The notes under the pieces were generated by a model that saw nothing but the letters and a program-made list of their open reading frames with translations, made no database searches and was not told where the DNA came from. Made by a program: the position numbers and the translations under genes. Shown here one piece after another: positions 17,297 through 27,684 of a DNA stretch of 64,000 bases. Numbering within the stretch: the stretch's first letter is position 1; each line of letters opens with the position of its first letter. The stretch covers positions 6,554 through 70,553 of the forward strand of contig CAIRXZ010000148.1 of assembly GCA_903882645.1 (NCBI GenBank), written 5' to 3'. The DNA comes from an uncultured Acidobacteriia bacterium. Its GTDB lineage: Bacteria > Acidobacteriota > Terriglobia > Bryobacterales > Bryobacteraceae.

Positions 17297-18469
17297 CTAC
17301 GAGCGGAAGAGGACGTCTTCGCGCTTGAAGATGCGCACGGCCACGACGAACGCCACGGCGGCGTAGGCGAGGTTGGATGCGAAGGGCAGCAGGAACGAAG
17401 ACAGGGTGTAATCGCCAGTGAAGATCGACTTGATGAGCTGCGTCACGTTGAAGACGGGCAGCAGCGCCAGCTTCGGACCAGCCTCCACGCCCGGCATCAT
17501 CCCGATCATGGCCGGGAAGACCACCAGCAGGATCAGCGGGGTCAGATAGCTCTGGCCTTCCTTGAAGCTCTTGGCGAAGAGAGAGATCGTAATCATGACG
17601 GCGGCGGCGGTGACGGCCGTGGGAAACACGGCCACCAGCACCAGCAGGACGGCGCTGGCGTTTATGTGGACGCCTTCCAACAGCTTGTGCATCTCCGGTC
17701 CCATCATCCCGGATTGGAAGGCCCAGGTAAGGCTCAGGACGTTGAGCAGCGCGGTGAGAAACGCGGCGGTGGTGGCGGCGAGGATCTTGCCGAGCACGAT
17801 TTCGTTGCGGCCCGCCGGAGAGCACAGCAGGATCTCGAGCGTGCGCCGCTCTTTTTCCCCCGCGGTCATGTCGATGGCCGGATACATGCAGCCCGAGAAC
17901 ATCAGCAGGATGACCATGTAGCCGATCATCCCGCCTATCAGCGATTTGGCCATCTTGCCTTTGGGGGCAACGTCCACCTGTTCGACGCCGAAGGGCGTAA
18001 GGACTTTCTCGGGGACGCCCGAGCCGGCCAGCGCTTCGCGGATCGCCGCCGCCTTCAACCCGTCCAGGGCCGCCCGGATCTTGTTGGCCGCCACCAGCGA
18101 GCCGGGGCGCGAAGCGTCCACGTACAGCCGGACGACCGGCTCACCCTTGTCGGACTGCCCTTCCACGGCGGCGGCCGCGACTTGCTTGCGCTCGACGGCG
18201 CCGCGCGGGTCGGCCGAGGGCGTCAGCTTGAACCCGGCGGCGCTCAAGGCCCGTTCCAGGCCGGGCATGGCGGATTGCCGGGCCACGGCGATGTGGAGCG
18301 CCTCTTGCTCCGCCTGCTTCTGGCTGGAGGAAACAAAGAAGGTCGCCACGCCCAGCAGAGCGGGAATCGCAATGATCGGCACCAGCACCATGCTGATCAA
18401 GGTACGGCGGTCGCGCGTCATCTCGAGAAGTTCCTTGCGGTAAACGGTAAAGACCACCGCCGGTTTCAT
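17297..18469 (-). CDS. ABC-2 type transporter permease (NatB-like)
   Basis: 390 aa with an N-terminal TM helix, a large extracytoplasmic loop and a C-terminal multi-TM ABC-2 domain. ATGA overlap with the upstream ATPase. Confidence 0.8.
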   Translation of the reverse strand: MKPAVVFTVYRKELLEMTRDRRTLISMVLVPIIAIPALLGVATFFVSSSQKQAEQEALHIAVARQSAMPGLERALSAAGFKLTPSADPRGAVERKQVAAAAVEGQSDKGEPVVRLYVDASRPGSLVAANKIRAALDGLKAAAIREALAGSGVPEKVLTPFGVEQVDVAPKGKMAKSLIGGMIGYMVILLMFSGCMYPAIDMTAGEKERRTLEILLCSPAGRNEIVLGKILAATTAAFLTALLNVLSLTWAFQSGMMGPEMHKLLEGVHINASAVLLVLVAVFPTAVTAAAVMITISLFAKSFKEGQSYLTPLILLVVFPAMIGMMPGVEAGPKLALLPVFNVTQLIKSIFTGDYTLSSFLLPFASNLAYAAVAFVVAVRIFKREDVLFRS

Positions 18470-19224
18470 GCCTTCGCCTCCATGGGTTCCTCACGGATAT
18501 TCAGCAGGTCGAGGAAGATTTCGCGAAGCCGCGTTTTGCCGGTGGCGGCGCGCAGGTCCTCCATCGTGCCGGTGATTCGCACCTTTCCTTCATGAATCAC
18601 CACGATGCGGTCGCAAAGGTACTCGGCCTCCTCCATGACGTGCGTCGAAAACAGGATGCACTTGCCGCCGCGGCGCGCCTCCAGGATGAAGTTCTCGATG
18701 AGCCGCGCGGTGGGAACGTCGAGGCCGTAGCTGGGCTCGTCGAGAATGAGGACCGGCGGATCGTGGACGATGGTGCGTCCTATGGCCGCGCGCTGGCGCA
18801 TGCCCGTGGAGAGCTTGTCGGTGCGCGTATCGGCGTAGGCGGCCATGCCGAGCATGGAGACGACTTCATCCGACCGGCGTTTCAGGGCGGCGGGCTCCAT
18901 GCCGCTGAGCCGGCCGAAGAAGGCGAGGATCTCCCGCGGCGTCAGGCGCCCGTACAGCCCCATGTCGCCGGACAGGAATCCGATCCTGGACCGCACCATT
19001 TCCGGCTCCCGGACGATATCGTAGCCCGCCACCACGGCCGTCCCCTGGGTTGGCTTGAGCACCGTGGCGAGCAGCCGCAGAGCGGTAGTTTTCCCGGCGC
19101 CGTTCGGCCCGAGAATGCCCACAATCTCGCCGGGCTTCACCTCGAACGAGACCTGGTCCAGCGCGCGAACGGCGCCGCGCTTCTTATCCTGGAAGACCTT
19201 TGTGAGTCCTTCGACGCGAATCAT
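18466..19224 (-). CDS. ABC transporter ATP-binding protein (NatA-like)
   Basis: Walker A GPNGAGKTT, signature LSTGMRQR and Walker B LILDEPSYGLD. Confidence 0.92.
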   Translation of the reverse strand: MIRVEGLTKVFQDKKRGAVRALDQVSFEVKPGEIVGILGPNGAGKTTALRLLATVLKPTQGTAVVAGYDIVREPEMVRSRIGFLSGDMGLYGRLTPREILAFFGRLSGMEPAALKRRSDEVVSMLGMAAYADTRTDKLSTGMRQRAAIGRTIVHDPPVLILDEPSYGLDVPTARLIENFILEARRGGKCILFSTHVMEEAEYLCDRIVVIHEGKVRITGTMEDLRAATGKTRLREIFLDLLNIREEPMEAKA

Positions 19225-19322
19225 GTTGTTCGATCCGTTCCAGACAGGCTAACACGGAGAGCCGGACCAGGGGGATCCGGCGAGGGCTCGAGGGCGCCCG
19301 GGCCATCGGGGCCGGGCTGATG

Positions 19323-20255
19323 TTAGAAGAACCGGAACGCAACCAACCCGAAAATGGTCAGCAGGAACGAAGAAACCAGCGGGACGCGCCAGGGACGGCC
19401 CGGCTTTCTCAGCTCCGTGAAGGCCGGCGGCGGGAATTCGACAGGCGGGTCCGTGGCCGGCTCGTGGCTTGTCCCGGCCCATAGCCCGACCGGCGCCGCC
19501 TCATTCGGCTCCGCGGCCGGCGGCGGAGCTTCCGCGCCGGCCGCCAATTCCGGCTGGAGGGCGGGTCTGGCCGGCGCCGGCGGCGGCGTTGCCACAGCCG
19601 GCTGCGGGATCCGCCCGGCGGACTCGCGGCAGGCCTCGCCGATCGCCAGCAGCAGGGCGTGGGACGCGGAGTCGCTCCCGGCGACGCGCCGTCTCAGTTC
19701 GGCGATTTCGCCGTTGGCGGCCGCGAGTTGCGCGCGCAAGACCTCGAATTGTTCCTCGATGCCGGCCGCGGGGCCGGCCGGCCGTTGCTCCCGGACCGCG
19801 CCGATTTCCTCGGCGAGATCGCCGCGCACGGCGTCGATCCGCTCCCGGCACCAAGCTTGGACCTCATCCACGCGGGACTGCGCCGCCGAGATCACCGCCT
19901 GGTCCTGCTGGCGCAGGGACTTCAGCTCCAGCGCGACCTTGGCCTCCATCTCGGCGAGGCGGCGTTCCACCTGCCCGGCGTGTTCCTTGAGGCGGGCGTC
20001 GACGGCGCCGACCACGGCTTCGAGAACCTTGCGGTCGAAGGGCGCCGCCGGGGGCGCCTGTTCGATGCGCGAGATTCGCTGTTCGATCTGGCCGAGGCGG
20101 CCGGCCACGGGCGCCGGTTCGGGCAGCGGTTCCGTTTCCGGATGCCGCGCGGCGCTCTGCGTTAGTTTCATGCCCACGCCAAAAGCCAGCCCGTCCCCAA
20201 AGGCGACGGCCAGGCTCTTCCAAACAGAAGAATCGCGGCTGCTCTGCATAAACAT
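19323..20255 (-). CDS. Tail-anchored coiled-coil protein, unknown function
   Basis: Long helical repeats (ERRLAEMEAKVALELKSLRQQDQ...), a Pro/Ala-rich linker and a C-terminal TM helix (VPLVSSFLLTIFGLVAFRFF). Start is uncertain (ATG 20255 or 20249, TTG 20267). Confidence 0.5.
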   Translation of the reverse strand: MFMQSSRDSSVWKSLAVAFGDGLAFGVGMKLTQSAARHPETEPLPEPAPVAGRLGQIEQRISRIEQAPPAAPFDRKVLEAVVGAVDARLKEHAGQVERRLAEMEAKVALELKSLRQQDQAVISAAQSRVDEVQAWCRERIDAVRGDLAEEIGAVREQRPAGPAAGIEEQFEVLRAQLAAANGEIAELRRRVAGSDSASHALLLAIGEACRESAGRIPQPAVATPPPAPARPALQPELAAGAEAPPPAAEPNEAAPVGLWAGTSHEPATDPPVEFPPPAFTELRKPGRPWRVPLVSSFLLTIFGLVAFRFF

Positions 20256-20756
20256 AATGTACAGCAAATGTTTTGGGCTGGAAAGAGAAATCGTACGGGG
20301 GTCAGGCCTTCAGAGACTGCCGACAAGGCCAAAACACGACTGGCCGCCGATGAACGCCGATAAATGCGGATTGAAAAGAACGGTCCTATCTTCAGATGGA
20401 TTGAAGGCCATCGCCTCAAGGCCGGTGGATTCGGGCCGAGCTGAAAGCTGCCTGAGGCGCGGGTGGTGCGTTTGTGGAGCGAGCCTCCAGCTTGCCATGC
20501 CGCCATTCCCGGCGGCATCCTCTCAATGGCCGGCAGAATGCCCGCTCCTCGAACGGGGCAAGGGAGTCCGGACCCCACCCGGCACGCGGACGCAGTGAGC
20601 GGCATGCAGGGGCCGGCCGCCGCGCCCAAGCGCGTTCGGGCGCTGGACCGGCCTGGGTTGATATTGGGAGCGGGATCTCTTATACTCCTGGAACAGTGGG
20701 TCAGGCGCCGGACCCGAGATTCCGGCGAGCCACTATCGTGGCTGGAAGGAGAACAG

Positions 20757-22364
20757 ATGGAGAAAGAAGTGGACAAGGCCCGCACAACGCGGCGAGCGTT
20801 TTTGGGCGCGGCCGCGCTGACGGCAGCCTCTTACAACCGGGTGCTTGGCGCCAATGACCGCATCGGCGTCGGGGTCATCGGGTTCGGATTGATCGGGAAA
20901 CAGCACATCGCCGATCTCAAGACGCAGAAGGACGTCGATATCGTGGGCCTCTGCGATACCTACGCGCCACGCGTGGAAGAAGGTCTGAAGTACATCGGGA
21001 ACGGGACCACCAAAGGCTACGGCGACTTCCGGAAGATGTACGAAAACAAGGACATTCAGGGAGTGGTGGTGGCGACGCCGGACCACTGGCACGCGCTGCT
21101 CACCATCATGGCCTGCCACGCGGGCAAGGATGTTTACGTCGAAAAGCCGATGACGGTGTTTATCGACGAAGGCAAGTGGATGGTGCAGGCGGCCCGCCAG
21201 TACAAACGCATCGTGACCGTGGGTACGCAGCGGCGCCAGGGCGCGGGCGTCAAGGCGGCGAAGGAAGTAATCAAGGCCGGCACGCTCGGCAAGATCCACA
21301 CCGTCAAGTTCGCCTCGTGCCGCAACATCTACCCCGGTTTTGGCAAGACGCCGGTTACCGATCCGCCCAAGGAGTTCGACTATGACATGTGGCTGGGGCC
21401 GGCTCCGAAGAAGCCCTACCAGGCGCACCGCGGCCTGTACCATTTCCGGTGGTTCTGGGACTACTCCGGCGGCCAGATGACCAACCTGGGAGCGCACATC
21501 ATCGACCAGATTCTGTGGCTCATGGACGCCAAAGGCCCGACCAGGGTGATGTCGCTGGGCGGCCGGTACGCGCTGGAAGACGATGGCGAGACGCCCGACC
21601 TGCAGGATGCAATTTGGGAATTCGCCGGGAAAAACGGCGAGCCGGGATTCACCATGACCTGCAATATCCGGGAGGCGAACGCCGGCCAGATGGCTCAGAA
21701 CCCGGGCCAGCTTTACGTGGGCACCAAGGGGTCCATGAGCGTGTCCGGGAACTATCAAATCACCTCGGAGAGGAAGATCGACCCGGTGAACGACATTCCG
21801 CGTTTTCAGGGTCATCCCATTGGCGGTCCAGTATATACGAATGTCCCGGCGACGAATTGGCTGCCGGACTCCGTCCTCACGGCCGCGCCGGCGGGCCGGG
21901 GAGCCGGCGGGGCAGGACGCGGCGCCGTGGCGCTCGCGCCGGGCGGCGCTCCGGCGCAGGCCGCCCGCGGGAATATGGTTGTACTCGGGGAAGCCGGCGC
22001 GCCGGGCGCACCGGCGCAGGGCAGAGGAGTGGCGGCCGGCGCAGCGACGGATTCCCGTTACGGTCTCACTGCCTCGGGCGCCGATCCCACCATGGTGCTG
22101 AACGAGCGCGATTGGCTGGATTGCATCAAGAGCCGAAACCGTCCGTTCTGCGAAGTGGAAGACGGCCACCACGTTGCCACTACCTGCAACCTGGCCAACA
22201 TGTCCTTGCTCTTGAAGCGCTCCATCAAGTGGGACCCAGAGAAGGAAGAAGTGGTCGGGGATAAGGAAGCCGCCAACATGGCGGCCGGTTTGACTCGCAG
22301 CGGGACCAGCCGCGCCTACCGCGCTCCGTGGGACGCGGCGCTGCGGGCCTGCGTCAAGGTATAA
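20757..22364 (+). CDS. Gfo/Idh/MocA-family oxidoreductase with twin-arginine signal
   Basis: Inner ATG at 20757 with an AAGGAG SD. Tat motif TTRRAFLGAAA and Rossmann GVGVIGFGLIGKQH. A Gly/Ala-rich low-complexity insertion sits near the C-terminus. Confidence 0.85.
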   Translation: MEKEVDKARTTRRAFLGAAALTAASYNRVLGANDRIGVGVIGFGLIGKQHIADLKTQKDVDIVGLCDTYAPRVEEGLKYIGNGTTKGYGDFRKMYENKDIQGVVVATPDHWHALLTIMACHAGKDVYVEKPMTVFIDEGKWMVQAARQYKRIVTVGTQRRQGAGVKAAKEVIKAGTLGKIHTVKFASCRNIYPGFGKTPVTDPPKEFDYDMWLGPAPKKPYQAHRGLYHFRWFWDYSGGQMTNLGAHIIDQILWLMDAKGPTRVMSLGGRYALEDDGETPDLQDAIWEFAGKNGEPGFTMTCNIREANAGQMAQNPGQLYVGTKGSMSVSGNYQITSERKIDPVNDIPRFQGHPIGGPVYTNVPATNWLPDSVLTAAPAGRGAGGAGRGAVALAPGGAPAQAARGNMVVLGEAGAPGAPAQGRGVAAGAATDSRYGLTASGADPTMVLNERDWLDCIKSRNRPFCEVEDGHHVATTCNLANMSLLLKRSIKWDPEKEEVVGDKEAANMAAGLTRSGTSRAYRAPWDAALRACVKV

Positions 22365-22389
22365 ACGCTGGAATTTCCCGAACCTCCTC

Positions 22390-22427
22390 GCGGCGGCCAT
22401 GGCAAGCGCCATGGCCGCCGCTTTTTT
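22390..22427 (+). terminator. Rho-independent terminator
   Basis: 14-bp perfect stem gcggcggccatggc / gccatggccgccgc, a 4-nt loop and then TTTTTT, 26 nt after the oxidoreductase stop. Confidence 0.8.
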
Positions 22428-22499
22428 GCCGACGCGCAGGTTTCGCGAAAAAGGGCCGTATCGCGGATAGAATGGAATCGAACGGCAAAGGACAGGTTT

Positions 22500-24770
22500 A
22501 TGCCCTCAAGCGAACCCGTGGTTTCGGAGAAGCGCATCATTTCGGCGAAGGAGGCGCTTGAGGCGCTGCGCTCCGGCGCGCCCGAGCGATTCCACTACCA
22601 CGGCGAGGGAGGCGCGTACCTCGACCTCAGGGGAGCGCCGCTTCCGGCCCTGCCGGACGTCGGCGAGGAGAAGATCGCCTCACTCTGCCGCATTGTTCGC
22701 GGCCTGGTTTTCGCCGCGGTGGACGGCGCCAGGTCGGGGCACCCGGGCGGCTCTTCGTCGAAGGCGGAGATGGTTGTGACGCTGCTCGCGAGCGGCGTTC
22801 TGGGCTTCGACCCGCTGAATCCCAAGCATCCCGGCCGCGACCGCGTGGTCTGGTCCGCCGGCCATTGCTCGCCGCTGTTTCACGCGCTGGTGGCGCTGGT
22901 CTACGAAACCCTGCGAAGAAAAGGGCTGGGCCTGGCGCCGGAGGCGCGTGGAGCGGCGGTTTTCCCGGAAGATCTGGCCCGCTTCCGCAGGTTCGGCGGG
23001 CCCAGCGGGCACGTGGAGTCTTACGCCGCGCTGGCCGATACTTCCACGGGATCTTCCGGGCATGGCATCTCGGCGGGCCTCGGATTCGCCGTTCTGCACC
23101 GCTCGTGCGGTCTCCCGGCGCGGGCTTTCGTCATCGCCGGCGACGCGGAAACCGAAGAGGGCATGACGTATGAAGCGCGCAACGTCGCTTCGGCTCTGGG
23201 AGTCCGCAATCTCATCGTGATGCTCGACTACAACGGCTTCGGCATCGACGGACCGATCACGGACGCCATGCCCTATCCGTACCTCAACCACTGGTCATCG
23301 CTGGGGTGGAACGCGATTGAGGCGGGCGGCCACAACGTCCGGGAGTTGGCGTACGCGCTTCGGCTGGCCGATGAGGGCTTCGGCGCGGAAAAACCCACCG
23401 TCATCGTCTGCCACACAACCAAGGGAAAGCACTACGGCAAGCTCGAAGGCGCCGCGGACTCTCACGGCACGCCTCTTCCGCACCCGGAGTACGTCGAAGC
23501 GATGCGCAAGCTGGGGTTCGACATTCCCGGCGAGGAGGGGAACGTGGCGGCGGACATCGCGCTGGTGGCGTCGGCCCTGCACGACGAGGAGGCCGGCTAC
23601 CTCGAAGAGCGGCTGCGCGCCGCAGCCGCCCGGCTCAAGCCGGAGGCGGAGTTGCGGGCGCGTATGGCAGCCGCCCTGCGGGGCCGGCCCATGGCCGATT
23701 ACCGCAGCTTCGAACGGCCCGCCGCGCTGCCGCCGGAGCTGGTATTTCCGGAAGGCGGCGCCGTCCCAACCAGGAAGGCCACGGAAGCGTGGTTCCATTG
23801 GGCGATGCGGAACTCGGCGTTCTTCTACGTGGGCTGCGGCGATCTGATGAAGTCCATCCTCACGGGAAAGGCCGAGAACGTCTACGGGGTCATCGGCAAG
23901 GATAATGCGCTTGGGCGCGGGCTGCGTTTCGGCATCGCGGAACAGAACATGGCCATGATGTCGGCCGCCATGGCGCAGGACACGCTTCCCGGGGGCTTCC
24001 GCCCCATGAGCGCCTTCGCCTCCTACGGAGTGTTCGCTCCCATGATGGCGAACTCCGTCCGCATGACTCTGATCAACAACGATGTGAATCCCGCGGCCAA
24101 GGCCTTTTTTATCGTGCTGGCGGCGCACGATGGGCCGGAAACGGGAGAGGATGGGCCGACGCATCACGGCTTATTCTGGATGTCGCTGTTCACCGCGTAT
24201 CCCGGAATCAAGGTGTACAAGCCGCTGGACGCGAACGAGGCCGTCGAGATGCTGTTCCAAGCGGCCCGCCTGGGCGATCCGGTGGCTTTCTCGGTGGCCC
24301 GGCCGCCGACGCCCGTGCTCCGGCGCGGCGATAGCGTCCCGCCGGCCATCGAAGCCATCCACGGCGCGTACGTGTTCAAGCCATACCGGGAAAACGGCAG
24401 GCGCAAACTGGCGGTGGCGGTGAGCGGCGGGCAGGTGATGGCCAATTTGCTGGAGATCGTCCCCGAGATCGAGGAGACGGCCGACCTCAAGATCGTCGCC
24501 GTGACATCGCCCCAACTCTACGAGGACCTGCGGAGGCGCGACCCGTTGAGGGCGAGCCGCGTACTCTCGGACCAGGAGCGGCAATCCGTGATTACGCTGC
24601 ACAACGGGTGGCCGGGGTTCCTGTACCCGTTGGCTCTGCCGGGAGACTATCCCGCGCGGGTTTTCGGCATGGACCGGTTCTCGCGGTCCGGGAGACCGCC
24701 GGAGATCTATCGCGACGCGGGCTTCGACGCCGCCGGAATCAGGGAGAAGATCCTGGGCCTGACGAAATAG
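22500..24770 (+). CDS. Transketolase-family TPP enzyme
   Basis: 756 aa. TPP-binding region SGHPGGSSS, GHCSP and GDAETEEG, followed by pyrimidine-binding and C-terminal domains. Longer than canonical Tkt. Confidence 0.8.
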   Translation: MPSSEPVVSEKRIISAKEALEALRSGAPERFHYHGEGGAYLDLRGAPLPALPDVGEEKIASLCRIVRGLVFAAVDGARSGHPGGSSSKAEMVVTLLASGVLGFDPLNPKHPGRDRVVWSAGHCSPLFHALVALVYETLRRKGLGLAPEARGAAVFPEDLARFRRFGGPSGHVESYAALADTSTGSSGHGISAGLGFAVLHRSCGLPARAFVIAGDAETEEGMTYEARNVASALGVRNLIVMLDYNGFGIDGPITDAMPYPYLNHWSSLGWNAIEAGGHNVRELAYALRLADEGFGAEKPTVIVCHTTKGKHYGKLEGAADSHGTPLPHPEYVEAMRKLGFDIPGEEGNVAADIALVASALHDEEAGYLEERLRAAAARLKPEAELRARMAAALRGRPMADYRSFERPAALPPELVFPEGGAVPTRKATEAWFHWAMRNSAFFYVGCGDLMKSILTGKAENVYGVIGKDNALGRGLRFGIAEQNMAMMSAAMAQDTLPGGFRPMSAFASYGVFAPMMANSVRMTLINNDVNPAAKAFFIVLAAHDGPETGEDGPTHHGLFWMSLFTAYPGIKVYKPLDANEAVEMLFQAARLGDPVAFSVARPPTPVLRRGDSVPPAIEAIHGAYVFKPYRENGRRKLAVAVSGGQVMANLLEIVPEIEETADLKIVAVTSPQLYEDLRRRDPLRASRVLSDQERQSVITLHNGWPGFLYPLALPGDYPARVFGMDRFSRSGRPPEIYRDAGFDAAGIREKILGLTK

Positions 24771-24783
24771 GCGCTTGCAGCGC

Positions 24784-24811
24784 CAACATCGACAAGAGCT
24801 TGTCGATGTTG
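24784..24811 (+). terminator. Stem-loop after transketolase (no U-tract)
   Basis: caacatcgacaa gagc ttgtcgatgttg is a 12-13 bp perfect inverted repeat 14 nt after the stop codon. Confidence 0.4.
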
Positions 24812-24850
24812 AGAAGCCGGAAGGCAGGAGCTGGTAGCGGCTCAGGAGGC

Positions 24851-24906
24851 GGGCCGGGCATGCCCGGCCCCTACAAACCCCCGTAGGGGCGAGGCATACC
24901 CCGCCC
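24851..24906. repeat. REP-like inverted doublet (REPIN-like)
   Basis: gggccgggcatgcccggcccCTAC, an 8-nt spacer, then GTAGgggcgaggcataccccgccc. Two GTAG-flanked palindromes in opposite orientation. Confidence 0.8.
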
Positions 24907-25035
24907 GCTGGTCCGGTGGTAAGGATACGTCACGGTATCCGCGAATAGGAGCACGAAGCAAACGATCTACCGTCGCACGGGAGAGAGAATGCGGCCGCTC
25001 ACGCACCCGCTCCCCCGGTCCCGGGCGTAGCGGGC

Positions 25036-25866
25036 TTATTCCGCCGCGGTCCAATACCCCTGAGAGTGGTTGTCGGCGGCGGCGTACTCGTGGTAGAAGC
25101 GCGCCGAGAAGAACATGTCGCCGTACGGGCCCGAGAGCGAGTAATTCTCCGGGAGAAACGCCCAGGCGCCGAGAAACGGGTTCCAATACCAGTCGGGCCC
25201 ATGCCAGTTATCGGGGTTGCACGCCACCAGGACTTGCGCGGTATTCACGCTGGCATCGGCGGCGGCCTGCGAGCGCTCTTGGCTCCAGGCGTACAGGCTG
25301 CCGTCGCCGGTGCGTTCGTGGGCGGCGGACTTCGCCGCGTCGCCGGCGGCATCCCCGTTCCAGGTCAGCTCCCTGCCCTTGCCCAGCTCGACGGAACGGT
25401 CGTTCTCTTCGATGCGAGCCTTGCCAGCGATGACGGCCACGGAAGGCTGGCCGGCGTGGAACTCATAGATTCCGGCGCGCTCGATGCGGGCGTGTTCCTG
25501 GCCGTCGAGCACCTCCAAGCGGCCGGCGCCGAGCTGCACAACCTCGAGAGACGCTTCCCCGCGCACCAGCTCGACGCGGGGATCCGCCGCGGATTGCGAC
25601 AACATCTTGATCGCGCTATGGTCTCCCAGACGCAGGAAAGCGCCCGGCGTGAGCAGCACTTCGGCGTTGCCTTGCCCGGTGGAGAGCGTCTGCCCGGCGC
25701 CCACTTCGGTTCCTTCGAGCGAGCCTGCCGCCAGCGGCTGGCCTTCCAGGGCCACTTGGCCTTCGATGAAGTTGACCGCGCCCGGCCGCGCGACGGTCTC
25801 CTGACCGGCGGCAACCGCGATGGCAAGCAGCATGCCGGCGGCGCTTCCCCAAACGACTCGGGACAT
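25036..25866 (-). CDS. Secreted FecR-domain-like protein
   Basis: Signal peptide, then a beta-rich region with the FecR-like pattern (GAGQTLSTGQGNAEVLLTPGAFLRLGDHSAIKM). Confidence 0.55.
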   Translation of the reverse strand: MSRVVWGSAAGMLLAIAVAAGQETVARPGAVNFIEGQVALEGQPLAAGSLEGTEVGAGQTLSTGQGNAEVLLTPGAFLRLGDHSAIKMLSQSAADPRVELVRGEASLEVVQLGAGRLEVLDGQEHARIERAGIYEFHAGQPSVAVIAGKARIEENDRSVELGKGRELTWNGDAAGDAAKSAAHERTGDGSLYAWSQERSQAAADASVNTAQVLVACNPDNWHGPDWYWNPFLGAWAFLPENYSLSGPYGDMFFSARFYHEYAAADNHSQGYWTAAE

Positions 25867-25987
25867 TTTGAATATCCTCCTGGCTGATCCGATGCGAACG
25901 CGGGACGAAGTGTTACTGGCCCCTTAGGGCCTTTTCAGACCGCGCGCCGCCCGGCGCGCTTCGGGCCTGGGCCGTACAATAGGGACT

Positions 25988-27181
25988 GTGGCTCCGCTGA
26001 CATTCGAGGAAGCGCGGGAGCGCGTCGTTTCCACGGTGCGCGCCTCGCGCGCCGCCTGCGCGGTCGAAGAAGTTCCTCTGGAGAGCGCCGCGGGGCGCGT
26101 GCTGGCTGAGAATGTGGCGGCGGACCGCGACGTTCCGGCGCTGCCGCGTTCGGTGCGCGATGGGTACGCCGTGCGGGCGGCCGAACTGCCGGGCGAACTG
26201 CGCGTGACCGGCGAAGTGCGCGCCGGGGAGCGCTTCGCCGGCGAGGTGGGACCAGGCGAGGCGGTCGAGATCATGACCGGGGCCCCCATGCCGGCCGGGG
26301 CCGACGCGGTGGTGATGGTGGAGCACACGCTGCGCGCGGGAGGCCGCGTGCGCATCGGCCGGACCGCCGAACCCGGGCAGTTCATCAACCGGCGCGGCTG
26401 CGAGGCGGCCGCGGGCGAGGTGGTGCTGCGGGCCGGCGCCAGGCTGGACTATAGCGGCGTGGCCGCGCTGGCGGCATTCGGCCGGGAGAGCGTCCGCGTG
26501 TTCCGCAAGCCCGTGGCGGCGATCGTCGCGACGGGCGACGAAATCGTGGAGGCGGGCCGGACGCCGGAGGAATTCCAGATTCGCAACTCGAACTCGTACT
26601 CGCTGGCGGCGCAGGCGGCGCGGGCGGGCGGCGCGCCGCTTGTGCTGCCGGTCGCGCGCGATAACGGGGAAGACGCGCGGCGGATCGTCGAACGCGGCCT
26701 GAGCGCGGATCTGCTGCTGCTTTCGGGCGGCGTGTCGGCGGGCAAGTACGACATCGTGGAGAGAACGCTGGCCGGCCTCGGCGCCGAATTCTATTTCGAC
26801 CGCGTTCTGATTCAACCCGGGCAGCCGCTGGTTTTCGGGCGGGCGCGCGGGAAGTTCTTCTTCGGGCTGCCGGGCAACCCGGCGTCCACCATGGTCACCT
26901 TCGAACTATTCGCGCGCGCGGCGCTCGAGCTGCTGGGCGGGCAGGAGGAGACCGTACTGCACATGCCTTATGCCCGTCTCACGGGCGCGTTTCGCCACCG
27001 CGCGGGGATCGCGCGATTCCTGCCCGCGCGCCTGGGGGCCGGCGGGGCCGAGGTGACGCCATTGACGTGGAGCGGCTCGGGGGACATCCCCGCGCTGACG
27101 CGCGCCAACGCCTACCTGGCCGCCGAGGCCGGCCGCGCCGAATACGCGGGCGGCGACCTCATCCGGGTGCTGCTGAAATGA
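25988..27181 (+). CDS. moeA: Molybdopterin molybdenumtransferase
   Basis: GTG start. MoeA motifs (SVRDGYAV, IMTGAPMP, LSGGVSAGKYD, QPGQPLVFG, GLPGNPAS). Confidence 0.9.
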   Translation: MAPLTFEEARERVVSTVRASRAACAVEEVPLESAAGRVLAENVAADRDVPALPRSVRDGYAVRAAELPGELRVTGEVRAGERFAGEVGPGEAVEIMTGAPMPAGADAVVMVEHTLRAGGRVRIGRTAEPGQFINRRGCEAAAGEVVLRAGARLDYSGVAALAAFGRESVRVFRKPVAAIVATGDEIVEAGRTPEEFQIRNSNSYSLAAQAARAGGAPLVLPVARDNGEDARRIVERGLSADLLLLSGGVSAGKYDIVERTLAGLGAEFYFDRVLIQPGQPLVFGRARGKFFFGLPGNPASTMVTFELFARAALELLGGQEETVLHMPYARLTGAFRHRAGIARFLPARLGAGGAEVTPLTWSGSGDIPALTRANAYLAAEAGRAEYAGGDLIRVLLK

Positions 27182-27684
27182 AGAAGTTGCCGCACTACGA
27201 TTCCGCGGGCAGCCCGCGCATGGTGGACGTGTCCGCGAAACCGGCCACGCGGCGCATGGCGCGGGCCCACGCTTTTGTGCGCATCGCGCCGGCGGCCCTG
27301 AAGAAGCTGCCCGGGAATCCCAAGGGGAACCCGCTCGAAATCGCGCGCATCGCGGGGATCGCCGCCGCCAAGCGCGCCTCGGAGCTGATCCCGTTGTGCC
27401 ACCCGCTGGCGCTTTCGCACGCCGACGTGGAGATTGCGGTGGAGAAACGTGGCGTGCGCATCGTGGCCAGCGCCGCCACGACCGCTCAGACCGGCGTCGA
27501 GATGGAGGCGCTGACGGCAGCCGCCGTGGCCGCGCTCACCGTTTACGATATGATCAAAGGGATCGACAAGTCGATCGAGATCCAAGACGTTTACCTGCTG
27601 GAGAAAACCGGGGGGAAGAGCGGCGATTTTCGCCGCGCGGGAACCGGCGGCGCGGGCGCCATGCGGAGGGGGAGGCATGATTAA
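27178..27684 (+). CDS. moaC: Cyclic pyranopterin monophosphate synthase
   Basis: Inner ATG at 27178 (ATGA overlap with moeA). MVDVSAKP, LIPLCHPL, GVEMEALTA and YDMIKGID. Confidence 0.92.
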   Translation: MKKLPHYDSAGSPRMVDVSAKPATRRMARAHAFVRIAPAALKKLPGNPKGNPLEIARIAGIAAAKRASELIPLCHPLALSHADVEIAVEKRGVRIVASAATTAQTGVEMEALTAAAVAALTVYDMIKGIDKSIEIQDVYLLEKTGGKSGDFRRAGTGGAGAMRRGRHD

